The notes under the pieces were generated by a model. It saw only the letters and a program-made list of their open reading frames with translations. It made no database searches and was not told the origin of the DNA. Of a DNA stretch of 64,000 nucleotides, positions 1 through 11,200 are shown in pieces. The stretch is taken from positions 124,001 to 188,000 of IMG/VR virus record IMGVR_UViG_3300035670_000008; one strand, written 5' to 3'. Position numbers and translations under genes: made by a program. Each line of letters starts with the position of its first letter. The first letter of the stretch is position 1.

Positions 1-489
1 CTCGCTTTCTAAGTTACTTAGGAACCGTTCGGTGTACTCCAGCCCTAGGGTGTTAGCTACGAGGAATTGGGCTAATACCGGGCCGTCGGGGGTGCGGAAG
101 TTTAGGTAATATTGGCTAGCGTGGCTACTGGCTCGGATTAAAGCTCGCTCAGCTGGAGCAGTCCCCCAGTAAAACCCCCGCTCGCCTCGAACTTCGGTCT
201 CTGGGCATACCCCAGTAAACAACAGCTCCCAGCGGCTATTAAGGACGTTGTAGGTGGTGTTCTTCCGGTAGCCGATGGTGCTGAGATCGAATAGATAATA
301 AGGCAGTTGGGTATCGGAGTCCTGGGGTTTGAACTCGAACGGGGTCACGGTAAACGTCGGCCCATTAAAGTTAGCAATGTCTAGGATTTGCTCTTCTTCC
401 AGGAAATATTTGATGAAGTCCAATCCCCCGAACTGCTGAAAGACGAGGTCTATCTTGGGTTTGAAAATCTGTAGGGCTTGGGTCACCAT
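1..489 (-). CDS. Hypothetical protein, partial (runs off the window start); last visible gene of the minus-strand tail operon
   Basis: Not in the ORF track. ATG at 489-487, 3 nt after the stop of the 389-aa gene. Frame is open to base 1 for 163 codons (MVTQALQIFKPKIDLVFQQFGGLDFIKYFLEEEQILD...). Confidence 0.8.
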   Translation of the reverse strand, partial: MVTQALQIFKPKIDLVFQQFGGLDFIKYFLEEEQILDIANFNGPTFTVTPFEFKPQDSDTQLPYYLFDLSTIGYRKNTTYNVLNSRWELLFTGVCPETEVRGERGFYWGTAPAERALIRASSHASQYYLNFRTPDGPVLAQFLVANTLGLEYTERFLSNLESE

Positions 490-492
490 AGC

Positions 493-1662
493 TTATATAT
501 ATTTAGTTACTAATAAATCTATCGTATAAAAGGCTTTATTCTTCCGAACGCCGTAGAACTTGTAGCTAATAATTACCCCGGTGTATTTAATTTCCTCCGG
601 GCCCTCTTTGGCAGTGGGAGCGGAGGCGCCGTTGTTGGAGCTAGACACATAGACTTCAACTTCCGTGCCTGGAAGCACCACCTCATCCATGAACTGCTTG
701 GCCTGTTTGTTGGCGCTGACGTGTTTGTCGAACTGGTCGGTAATTTCGTAGCTACTTAAAAGTACATCCGAGGAGCTCTTTTCGTCTGCAGATTTCCCCT
801 GTCCAATTACCTCCTCCCCAGTCATCGCGCCGATTAGATTTAACATCGCGTTGTTAATTCCAATGGTCTGGACTACTGGGGTAGAGCCGGGGATGACGAT
901 GTTCTTATGTTTTGTATCAATCCGTTGGAGTATCCCTGGCTTCACCTCCGGGACTTCGATGTTCCCAAACTTGGAGCCGCCCCGGTTTTCCATCGCTGGC
1001 AGTAGGTCGAAGGTAAACCGCTTCGGCGTGCCACTCCTACGGTCTTTATAAAGGATATAGAATTTGTCGTCGGCGTTCATCCGAAACGCGGCGTTACTAG
1101 GGATATTAAAGCCCTTATTCGGGTCGATTTTGTTGCCGTTGATTTCGTTCTTGCTCAGTAAGGTAAAGCCACCGTCTTTAATGGGTTGAACCGCCTGGGT
1201 CTTAGGATTTACGTTCTTCTTAGCTAACTCCTCAGTAGTGAGCACTTTATCGTCGGCGCTAGCGTTCCCACCTCCGCCACCTCCGCCTGGGCTATACGTA
1301 TGCTCTGGGAAGTTAGGGTTGTAGCCTGGGATAGCCTTATCTAAAGTGCCTTGTCCAATTGGAATGATTGTGTCTGTGTTCCCTAGATTTAACTCAACGT
1401 TGGCACTATCCGTCGCGTAGGTTTTAACGAGCTTATCAATAGCTAGCTTATTTAAAGCAGCGACACCTGAGGCGACATAATCGTCATAGACTAAGGGGCC
1501 AACCTCCCAAAGTGGTTCGTTATAAACAAACAGCTCTGGATACTCTAACGGGCCTACGACGTACTGGGTCTCTGAGCCGCCCCATAACGGTTCGTTGCCG
1601 TCGACGGTTAAGTCTCCTAAGACTTGGGTAATCGTTTTATCTAGTTGGTTAAGAACAGCCAC
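493..1662 (-). CDS. Putative tail tube initiator / P2 gpU-like baseplate-tube junction protein (389 aa)
   Basis: GTG start, tightly packed in the operon, two genes downstream of the tape-measure-position gene. C-terminal half has a gpU-like pattern (VQTIGINNAMLNLIGAM...YTGVIISYKF...FYTIDLLV) after a poly-Gly linker. The CDS is secure; the function is inferred. Confidence 0.5.
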   Translation of the reverse strand: MAVLNQLDKTITQVLGDLTVDGNEPLWGGSETQYVVGPLEYPELFVYNEPLWEVGPLVYDDYVASGVAALNKLAIDKLVKTYATDSANVELNLGNTDTIIPIGQGTLDKAIPGYNPNFPEHTYSPGGGGGGGNASADDKVLTTEELAKKNVNPKTQAVQPIKDGGFTLLSKNEINGNKIDPNKGFNIPSNAAFRMNADDKFYILYKDRRSGTPKRFTFDLLPAMENRGGSKFGNIEVPEVKPGILQRIDTKHKNIVIPGSTPVVQTIGINNAMLNLIGAMTGEEVIGQGKSADEKSSSDVLLSSYEITDQFDKHVSANKQAKQFMDEVVLPGTEVEVYVSSSNNGASAPTAKEGPEEIKYTGVIISYKFYGVRKNKAFYTIDLLVTKYI

Positions 1663-1666
1663 TGGG

Positions 1667-2197
1667 TTATACCTCTACGACTTCTTTAATAAACTCGATG
1701 GCGTTGGGTGTGATTGTTACTGGGGTGGAGTGTCTTAGGTAGAATAAATCTGCTCGCTCCACTTGAGCCACCGGAATAAATGAGGAGGTGTCGGTGCCGT
1801 GTTTAAACACTGCGTTCTTATATAACCCAATGCTTCGATAGCTTCTAGGAATCCCATCGATTACATCGTTGTGGGTAAGCTGTCCTTCAATTAATACAAA
1901 CCGGCAACGCTGCTTCGTCAACAACTCCAAATCAGGTTCGACTGGCAGGATGATGTAGCCACCGATTGTTAGAGTCGAGCCGGGTACTTCCCGGTCTGTT
2001 AACAGCACTGGTCGGGCGGTTACTTTAATAAAGCCGAAGCACTCTGGCTGGACACTGGAGTATTTATTAGGTGGATCTGGATTTAAGTCTGCTATCCAAG
2101 GCGACGTTTGACCAAAACCAAGCAGCAGTCCGTTAACCGCGTTGACCGTTTCTAGAACGCGTAGCGACTGGGCTTGTTGGAGGACAATAGACTTCAT
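1667..2197 (-). CDS. Putative baseplate structural protein (176 aa)
   Basis: The pattern GFGQTSPW..D.NPDPP......ECFGFIKV...CRFVLIEGQL...YRSIGLY...LFYL resembles small baseplate wedge proteins of large myoviruses. It lies directly downstream of the giant gene. Confidence 0.5.
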   Translation of the reverse strand: MKSIVLQQAQSLRVLETVNAVNGLLLGFGQTSPWIADLNPDPPNKYSSVQPECFGFIKVTARPVLLTDREVPGSTLTIGGYIILPVEPDLELLTKQRCRFVLIEGQLTHNDVIDGIPRSYRSIGLYKNAVFKHGTDTSSFIPVAQVERADLFYLRHSTPVTITPNAIEFIKEVVEV

Positions 2198-2232
2198 ATA
2201 TGTAGCAAAAATAAAACCTCTATATCTATACT

Positions 2233-5200
2233 CTAAGCTATACCTAGGAGTTGGGCGGTGGTCGGGGAGTTGGTGTCCTCCGAGATAATCTGGAAGAACT
2301 CCGCCGGAGACAGTGCGACGTTCGACCCGTCTACAAAGGCAGAGCGGATGTCTGACCGACCCGACATAGCTGTCAACGTTTCGCCGGAGTCTAGGTCTTC
2401 AGCGTCTAGTTCCTCCTCATCTCCTCCTACTAGATTCTGGGATAGATAGTTGTAGATGTTCTGGATGCCGGCGCTAACACTCTTAGCTACGTCCGCCATG
2501 AACTCGTCTTGTGTAACGGTCGTGGTAGGAATTGGTCGTTGGGAGATAACTCCCCCGACGGTCATCCCAATCAACCCGCCCGCTACCTCCGTTATTAAAC
2601 GAGCGGCGCCGGTCTGTCCCGCAACCCCAGGTACACCCGCGAAGCCGGGACGGGCTTGGTCGAAGTGCTGTCCAAGTAGCGTACCAAACGTAGCTCCGCC
2701 TGCGTAGATAAGTTCGCTAACCGCTGCTCTAGCCAGGCCCTCTGTTGGACTGCCGTAGTTCATTAGATACTGCTGCATCCGTCCGAACTGGAGTTTATCT
2801 GCGATTCTCTGGGTGCGGTCGGCAGATTGGGTGTCTTGAGATGGAGACAACAACTGGCGTAGGCTCGATCGCTCGTAGGAGCTAGCCGTAATACCAGACA
2901 TTACGACATCTAGACCTAAGCTAGTCACCTGCTCGGTAAGGGGTATGTCTCCCTGCATCATTGAGAACAACAACGGTACGCCAAGGATACTGACGCCTTC
3001 AGCTAGCCCGTGCATCCGGCTTAGGACTTCATGGCTCTCGGCGCGCTCTTTAGCCGCCCGCTGTACATCTACACTTCTTTGCGTAACGTCCATCAAATTA
3101 TCTCTCGCCTGAGTCACCTCAGCTAACGGACTAACAAAACCAGCAGCCTGTCGGTTCTCTAGATAGGTGTCTAGGTTCTCGTTAAGCTTCTGCTGCACCA
3201 CTTTCTGCTGCTCTACTAGCGCTTCTACCTGTTGTAGCTCCACTTCGCTAGTGTCGGCGGTTATCTGGCCAGTTTTCTCGGTGATAATCTGAGCCATGTT
3301 CTGAGCTAAGCCAGCCATTCCAACCTGGGTGTGGAGGTAGCTGTTGGCGGCTGCCGCGTACTCTAGGGCTCCCATCCCAGCAGTCACCGGTAATCGGTTC
3401 ACTTCTGGCACTGGAGCGGTCGGGCTTGCGGTCGGAGTTTCAACTCCCCCGTAGGTGAGGGCCTGCACTACCTTCTGTTGGAAGTCAATCATCTGGTCTG
3501 GGGTTAGGTTAGCGCCGGCTTCGGACATCATCTGTTGAACGCTGTCTGGTATGGCTCCACCTAACGCTAGAGCAGCGAATACTCCTTTTACTTCTTGATG
3601 GCTTAAACTACCGCCACCGGCAATCTGGCTCTTAACGGCGTCTACAATAGCAGTGACATTATGAGCGAAGGCTTTCGGCAGGGCCTCCCCAGATAACTTA
3701 CCTGCGTCGAGAGCGTATTGTTGGGCACTGAACTCCATAGCCAACGAATTGAAGCTATCGCCGTGTGCTACCAGGGCCTTAGCTAAATTAGTTGTACCCC
3801 CACTGTCTTGAATTTCTGCTACCGCTCGGTTGAACGCTTTGAGCCGGTTCATCATTGGCATCATCAAATCCGTCTGTTGGGAGATACTATGCTCCACCAA
3901 ACTACCGATGACGGCTTTGGTTAACGTCTGTTCACTTAGCTGAGCCCCAGGATTCTCAGGAGTTTGTACGGCTGTGAGTTCCTGTTGGATAGCTGCACTC
4001 ATCGCAGACTGCTGCTCTCGCAGTTTAGCTAGCTCCGTCTGCTGTCTGGCTTCTAGTCCGGCTACGATTTTGTCGGCGGTGTCTACGTTTAGATATTTAT
4101 CCCGTAGTAGCAGCGTGCCTTTACCTTTTATCCGAGCTACTTTCTGTTTAGTAGAGAGACGCTCATCATCTAAAGTATTCTGTATCTCATCTAGAAAGCG
4201 AACGGGCTCAGTTTCTGAATCACCTATCTTAACGTCTAGGTAACTCTGAACGTCTTTGATATAAGACTCCATGCTGGCCAACGTCAATTTACTATCATCG
4301 ACGATCTGACCCTGCTCGTTCACTCCATAGATGTCTAGAGCTTTCCGAGTCACGTCGATGTGGATGTTCTTCATCCCTTCCAACATCGCGTCGGAGATGA
4401 AGTTGGCTTGGAACTTATTCATCATATCCGACAGTACATAAGTCGTTAACTTAGCGTCGTCGATACGCCCGTAGGTAGCTACGCGGGCTTTGATGTGTTC
4501 TGGTAGTGTGCCATCGTCTAGGGCCTTCTGGTAGCTCGCTTTGATAGCTTTCAGCGTACTGCCATAGGAGCTGTTTTCCATGAGGTTAGCTGCGCTATCT
4601 CCTTTACCACTGACGTAATCAGTCAATAATCGCAGAGCGGCAAAGGCCGTTAATCCTTCCGTCTCCTGAACGGAAGGCCCTCTAGTGTCAACTCCATACT
4701 GGTATTGCAGGGCGCTGTTAGCTACCGTGCCTAAGAAGTCTTGACTAACGATTTGAATGAAGCTCTTGCGTTGGTCGTGGTCGGTATAGCGAGACTCCAT
4801 CTGGAGGATATTGGTGTAGCCAACTTCTTTAGAGATAGCTTCCCGGTCGGTGATTCCGATCTCTTTAAGTTCGTCTAGAGCAGACTCACTGATTCGATAG
4901 GACTCAATCCGGCCACTTAGACCGCCCGCCTGTTTCGGTTTCAAGGCGGCGTCCCGGAGATACTGTTGGGTGGTGACCAAGAACCGGTAGCTAACGGCGT
5001 TCCGTTCTTCTGTTTCCCGCATGGCGATTCGCCAGGGGATTATCTCTTCCGTCGTATTATCTACCGCTTCTTGAGTCAACATGGACTGCATTCTGGTTAA
5101 AGCATCTCCCACAGCTGCGTCTGCGTTCTGTTGGATGGCACCAGTAAAGCCCCTCTCAACGGCTGCGTTGAATCCAGCGGTTAGGTCTTTATCCAAAAGC

Positions 5201-8200
5201 ATTCGCTTGAAGCTGATGTCAGCCGATAGCCCACTGCTGATAGGTACGACAGTGTTGTACACCTTACCAAGTAGCGAGCCCCCGGTAATCCCCATGATGG
5301 CCTGCATCGAGCCGAAGTTCTCTGGGTCGGTTACAGTACCCCGCACGTTAGCGAACACCTTATTAACGCTCATCATCGACATTACCGTCGACTCCATCTG
5401 AGCTTGATATTCGGACACCGCCTGGACGTAGTCGTCTTTGGTGTAGCTACCTTTATCTAAGTAGGCTTGGTAGAAGGAGCCAGATTGCTCAAATTGACCA
5501 GACCAATACTCGAAGTTCTCCCGGACGCGGGTCTGCTTCTCGTTGGACAGTTTACCGAAGCCTTCATCCCAAGTTAAGGAGCCTTGTTGGAGCCTGCCGT
5601 CTGTGTCAAACTCAGCAGCATTAATATGAGAGTATTTACCTAACTCCCCGCCCATCAACCCAGTATCGAAGTTGAAGCCGGATAAGGTGTCTACGAACTG
5701 CTTGATTAAGCCGCGTAGCGCCTCGTCTTTAAAGACGGTGTTCTCCGCAATCTCCTTACTACCAATGACTTGTTCTGGCAGCGCTAAGAAGCTGCCGATG
5801 TAGCTACGCAACCCTTCGTAGGCTCGGTTTATCTTCGAGGTTCGGGTGGCTTCTACCTCGCCTAACGCTGCTTTAATCGTCTGCGTAGCGACGGATTTAA
5901 AGTTTTCTGCTTGTTGAATGGACGCAGCCTTCTCGGCCAGCTGCTCTTCTAAAGATTCAACCAAAGCAGGAACTGGGGTTGCCATATTTCTAGCTTTTAC
6001 TAGAGCAGCTTCTATCTGCTCTTTCTCTCTGGATAATCGGCGTAGCTCTACAGTCCGCTGAGCAATCTCCCCGGTCATGTTATTGACTCGGCTGAGGGCG
6101 GCTTGGAAGGAGTCCCCGTCGTAGTCTCCTAAACCAGTAAACTCAAAACCGAAGGCGCTGACTAACATCAAGGCAGAAGCCGAGGTCTCATTAGAGGTTA
6201 GGAAGGTGTTTAGCTCCCGACCCCGTCGGTTCGTTTCTGTAATCTCGATGGCTTGTTTAAAGAGGCTGTTGATTGACTGCCCATCGGTTGGGTTGCTGGT
6301 ATAGAACGGTGCCCCTTGACGGCCTGTTAGGACAGCCCCTAGCCCAGCTCGGTACTCAATCTCATTCTGGACTTTAGCTAGGTTCTCCTGGTTAACTGGT
6401 TGACCACTGATAACGGAGGCAACGATGATGTCGATGTTCTCGTTGTTAACCAGCCGACGGTGTAAGTCTTCCGGGGTGATGTTTGCACTTTCGTTTCCGT
6501 AGTGGTAAGCGTAATCTCTTAGTAGCTTTGCCCACTCACGTAGCTGACTGTTATACTTCGCCAGGTCGGGATAGTCTTGGTATATCTCAGCTTCTTGCTT
6601 CAACAGCCGAACGGTTTGTTGGTCTACTGAGTCAACGACAGCTCCAGTGCTGGGATTTATTATATCCTCGACGCCAGCATACAGCTGCCTAGAAGCTATT
6701 TCAGTTTCGTATTGATTTACTGTGTCTTGGCTTAGCGACCCCATGTAGGCATTGGCTTGGTCTAACCTTGCTTGTTCTACTGGGACATAACGAGCCGTTG
6801 GGTTATTAAGTTGCGCGGCTGCGCGTTCGATGGTTAACTTGCTCTGCTGGTACTCCAACAGATTCTCTGCTACAGTCTGACGGCCTTTAGCGGCTTCTTT
6901 GGTCAGTCCATAATCAATATTCAACCGGAAGTACTCGGGACCCCCGTAAGCAGTACGTTGGGATTCGACGTAACCAATAGCGGCTTCAACCTGGGCTAAG
7001 CGGCTTTGCAGCTCGGCTTGGTTACCTAACACTGATACACCTGATTGAAGTTCGTCGTATTGTCTTTGAGTTAGTTTGTTACTTAGTCCTGTACCTTGGA
7101 TGAAGGTTTCTTCCGCAGTGTAACCGCCAGCTAACCGCCGTTCCAAGTTGGCTTTGATTTCATTTAGCCGGTCAACGATAAAATCGATGTTCTTACCGTC
7201 TTCCTTACCGTAGGCAACTGCTCTAAGCCGGTTAGTGTAATCTATAACCTCCTGCATCTGAGCTAGGTTAGCTGCCTGCTGTTGTGGAGAGCTGGAGTCA
7301 TATTGTACATATCCCCAGCCGATGTACTTCTGCAGCTTTAATTCACTTTCGATAACGTTCTGATAAGCCTTGTGCTCTTCAGACAACCCAGCGTGGGCAG
7401 CCTGGCGAGCTGGTAATTCCGCAGACTTCTCAGCTATCTTCGTGTCTAACTTTCCAATTTCAGTTTTTATTGCGGCTAACTCACCTGGAAGCTTAGTAGT
7501 GTTATCGGCTTGATACCCTTCTAACTCAGTTACTTTATCTCTCATGCCTCCAATTTTTTGGGTGAGGTTCTCAACCTGCCCGGTGAGATACTGGGGCCAA
7601 CCGTCTTCGTTATAGAAGAATGAATTGTCTGGTATTGGCATCCCAACTGGAACGGCTTCAGGGCCTCTTAACCCTAGGTCAGCAACCATAATATTACTTC
7701 TGGCTCTAGCCTGTAGTTGATTTGCTCTTTTCAGCTTGGCATAGAGGCTGTCACCTTGTTCTATAGGGAACAAGACGCTAGCCGCCTTCTGCCTAGCTTT
7801 AACGCCGTCTATACTCTGAGCGTCAAGGTCAGCATCCCCGAACATAAGTGCGCCAAAGAAACCTCCAAATTCACCTCTAGATAAGTATGCAGCTCTTACC
7901 ATCGGAAAGCGGCTATCTCTAACGGTGTTTAGTTGCTGCTCACTTGGATTGAATAAGAAGTTGGTGTAACCTTTGATGTCTGATTGGGTCATTAGCCGCT
8001 CGGTCACGGCGTCTAACCGAGTTAATGCACCTACGTTTTCGGGGGTGACCGTTTGGTTTACACCTAGGTCAGCCAGCCCCGCATTGATATTAGTAAGGAT
8101 GTTGGGTAGTCTGGTGTTGTTTATCTCGTTATAGGCACCCTCTAACGTAGGTATCATATTGTCTACCGCGGCTAACAAACTCTGCCCCCGCGGAGTCAGT

Positions 8201-11200
8201 TGGTTTACAGCTATACGTCCGGTAGCTTGACTAGCTGGGACTACTTCAAAGAGTGCCCTGACGTTATCGTTTACCTGCGCAGCGAACTCTCTTTGTTCTT
8301 GTTGACTGAGTTGATTTAAGTCACTCGGCATATTGGAAGGTATAATACTTCCTTGGGCTACGCTGTTATACCTTGTTAGATGCTTCTCTAAAAACCGCAT
8401 TTGCCCGATAAAGTCCCGTGCGGAGTAGGGCGGCACTTCGTCGGTAAGTCCTATAGCATTTTCTATTGAAAAGACAATTTTATCGTGGTAGGTATCTCCA
8501 AACTGGTTTTGGTTGGTTAGCGTATTAATTTTACGACCTATAGCAGGCAGTACTCTGCTGTTAAGGTTCTGGTAGGTGCTGGCTTGGTTTAAGAGCCAAT
8601 TCCATTTATTATCTACGTTCCGTCTTGCCCGCTGAACTCTGGTGTTGTGTCCCTCTCCTGATTGGTCGTAGGGGTTTCTGATGTCGTAGTAGCGGTAATA
8701 GTTTAGGCTGGCTTGTTGTGTGCGGATATACGCTTCTTGCTCAGCAATTTTTTGCTGTTTATCGACGACTTGAGCTTCTTTCTTAGCGATAGCTGCATTT
8801 TTCTCGTTGATTCTCTGCTGCAGCTCCATCTGGTTTTTAACGTAGCCGCTTCTTGTGTTGTAGTGATAAGCTATCTGCTTACTTCTTTTAGCCTCTAACC
8901 GGCTGATTTCATCCTGTCTATTCTGCAGGGATTCGCCCGATACACCAAAGTTGAGCCGGTCACGCTGTTTAATAATGGTGTTCTCGCCTTTAATGTAGCC
9001 AAGGCTAACGTCTAGGTTTCTAATCCGCTGCTGGTTAACCTTCTGCTCTTCTATGAAGGCAAGCTGTGTTTTGACTGGGTTTTCTGTGCCTAAAGGTACT
9101 ACTCCACTTAGATAGGTGTTTCTTACTTCTACTAGACCCTTAGCTGAACGTAAAGCGTTCTCGATAGTATCTCTATCACCAGAGATTTGGGCTTGCCGTA
9201 GCTTTTGAATCACCGACTCGACTTCGTTCTTAACAGTGCCATCCGTCAGCTCTTGCAGTAGTTCTTGAGCGTATTCAATTTCGTTGGTAATCGTCAGTTC
9301 CATCAGAATCTGACCCTTACTTCCTAAAGCAGCAGCTAAGCGGATGGCTTTAACATCCTTCCTGATAGATTTATCGATGGACGAACTTAGCCGGCGGATA
9401 CCGTTTCCGGCAGTCAGCCCCGCTGCCCGCTCCACCCGGGAGCCCATTCCTACCTCGTCCATCCCGACCAGGAAGCTGTTGACGGCTATATAGGAGGTAC
9501 CGCTCATCCCCATCCGGTTGGCGGTGGCCTGGCGGATGCTGTTTTTGTTGTGTACGAGTTCTACCGCCGTCTCTTTCGACTGCTGCATTAATACCTGCAG
9601 TTCTTGGAGCTCTACAACCTCTTCGTCAGTAATTGTGGAGGTGCCGACACCTTGTAACGCTCCGAGTTGAATCTTATCAATCACGGGCTGTAAGCGTTGT
9701 AGCTTCGCTACTAATTTGAACTGAGCTTCCAATGCCGGGTGGGACTCAGCGTTAAATAGTAGGCTGAGCTTCTGTAGGATATCTAAACCAAGTAACACCC
9801 CTGTCTGAGCGTTACGGTCTGAGCCTACAGTAACTACGTTTAGCCCCCGGCCCTGAGTATCCAAACTATGACGGTCTAATATCTCAATACTTGGCAGGCT
9901 AATCATCCGCGTTGTGCTTAACGATTGCATAATCGTCTTAGCTGACTCGCGTTGTAGTCTCCCTTCAAAGTCGCCTTTATTCCGGTAGTACTCGAACTGC
10001 TGCTGTGCTGATTGGTATAGAGACTCCATACCTTCTAAATATTCCGCGCCAGTATTCATATTGAAGGTATTTTCCACTCGCGTTCTGACTTGCTCCCGGT
10101 AAGTCTCGGTTATGGCATTTAACGCTGCATTCGTAGCTAACGCGCGTGTCCCGGTAGCATTATAGTTTCTCAGATATTCTTTCTGGTAAAGAATATCCTC
10201 ACTATCCTGGTCGTATAGGTGGGTCGTGTTGAGACTGGTATTAATTGGAGACTCCTGCCGAGAATACAACCTATCTAGAAACTCCTCCATGTTAAACTCG
10301 GCTATTCCCAGTTTTGCTTCTTCTAACCGGGTCTCTAGTGCTGCCATAAACGTGGGGTTGTTGGCAGCTTTATGTCTGAACTTTCTGTCCAGCCGAGTTC
10401 TAGTTTCTTCGAGGACTAAGTCAACTCTGCGGTTGATATTAGCCTCGTAGTCTAGGTTATTACCCAGGTTACGGCGAGTGATGTCTGCATAGTCCATCAT
10501 CTGCTGCAGGGCAGGTAGATAGCTGTTACTGTCCTGCTTTTGGTGACCTTGTTTAATAAACTCACTAACGGCTTTAGTCCCTAACGTTCTAGTCTCTACC
10601 CTTCCTGATGAATCAACGTTGCCTGGTAGCTGATGCCGTCCGAAGCTTGTGTAGTGAGTTAGGTACGTATTGATAAAGTCGTAGGTAGTGTTCTGTCCAA
10701 GAGAGAGGCTTAATCCTAGGCGTTTAGTTGTGATATCTTCGTTAAACACCAACGCGGAGAGGTCTGAGTTAATAGCCCGATGCTCCGTAGCGTTAGTTAT
10801 TAGTTGCGGAGTCAACCCTAATTCTGTTTGAGCGATATGTTGCACAACAGCGGCATCCCCGAGGTTGTGCTTCATAATCCCGTAGCTGTCTTGGACTTGA
10901 CGGTGGGTAGGGACAACGTTCTCGTAGACGATGGCTAATTGAACCAAGGCATGTTGAATTGTACCGACGTCGGTCAAATCTTTCGGGTTATAAGCATACA
11001 TCTCTAGTTGCTTAGCAGTTAAGCCTTGGGCATAGTGTCCTTCTAACGCAGTGATATTCTTCATCCCCGCAGGCACTGCGAGTTTACTCGGCTCATACTC
11101 GCCAGGTAATTCAATAAACCGCTGGGTCTGAACGTAGGTGCGGATAGCTTGGTAGACCGCTTCCACCTCATGGAGCATCTGCTCTTCTTCAGAGGTGATA

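Noticed and set aside
7822-7839. Second DxDxD-like string (GDADLD, aa 3245-3250) with an upstream RFP in the giant protein
   Set aside because: It lacks the Gly of DxDGD, the RxP spacing is short, and it lies within the helical insertion. GDYDGD at 3815-3820 fits the flanking beta'-like context much better.
6337-9444. Possible intein in the RNAP catalytic barrel
   Set aside because: I saw no intein splice-junction motifs (N-terminal C/S block, terminal HN-C/S/T) and no LAGLIDADG blocks. The insert is coiled-coil-like.
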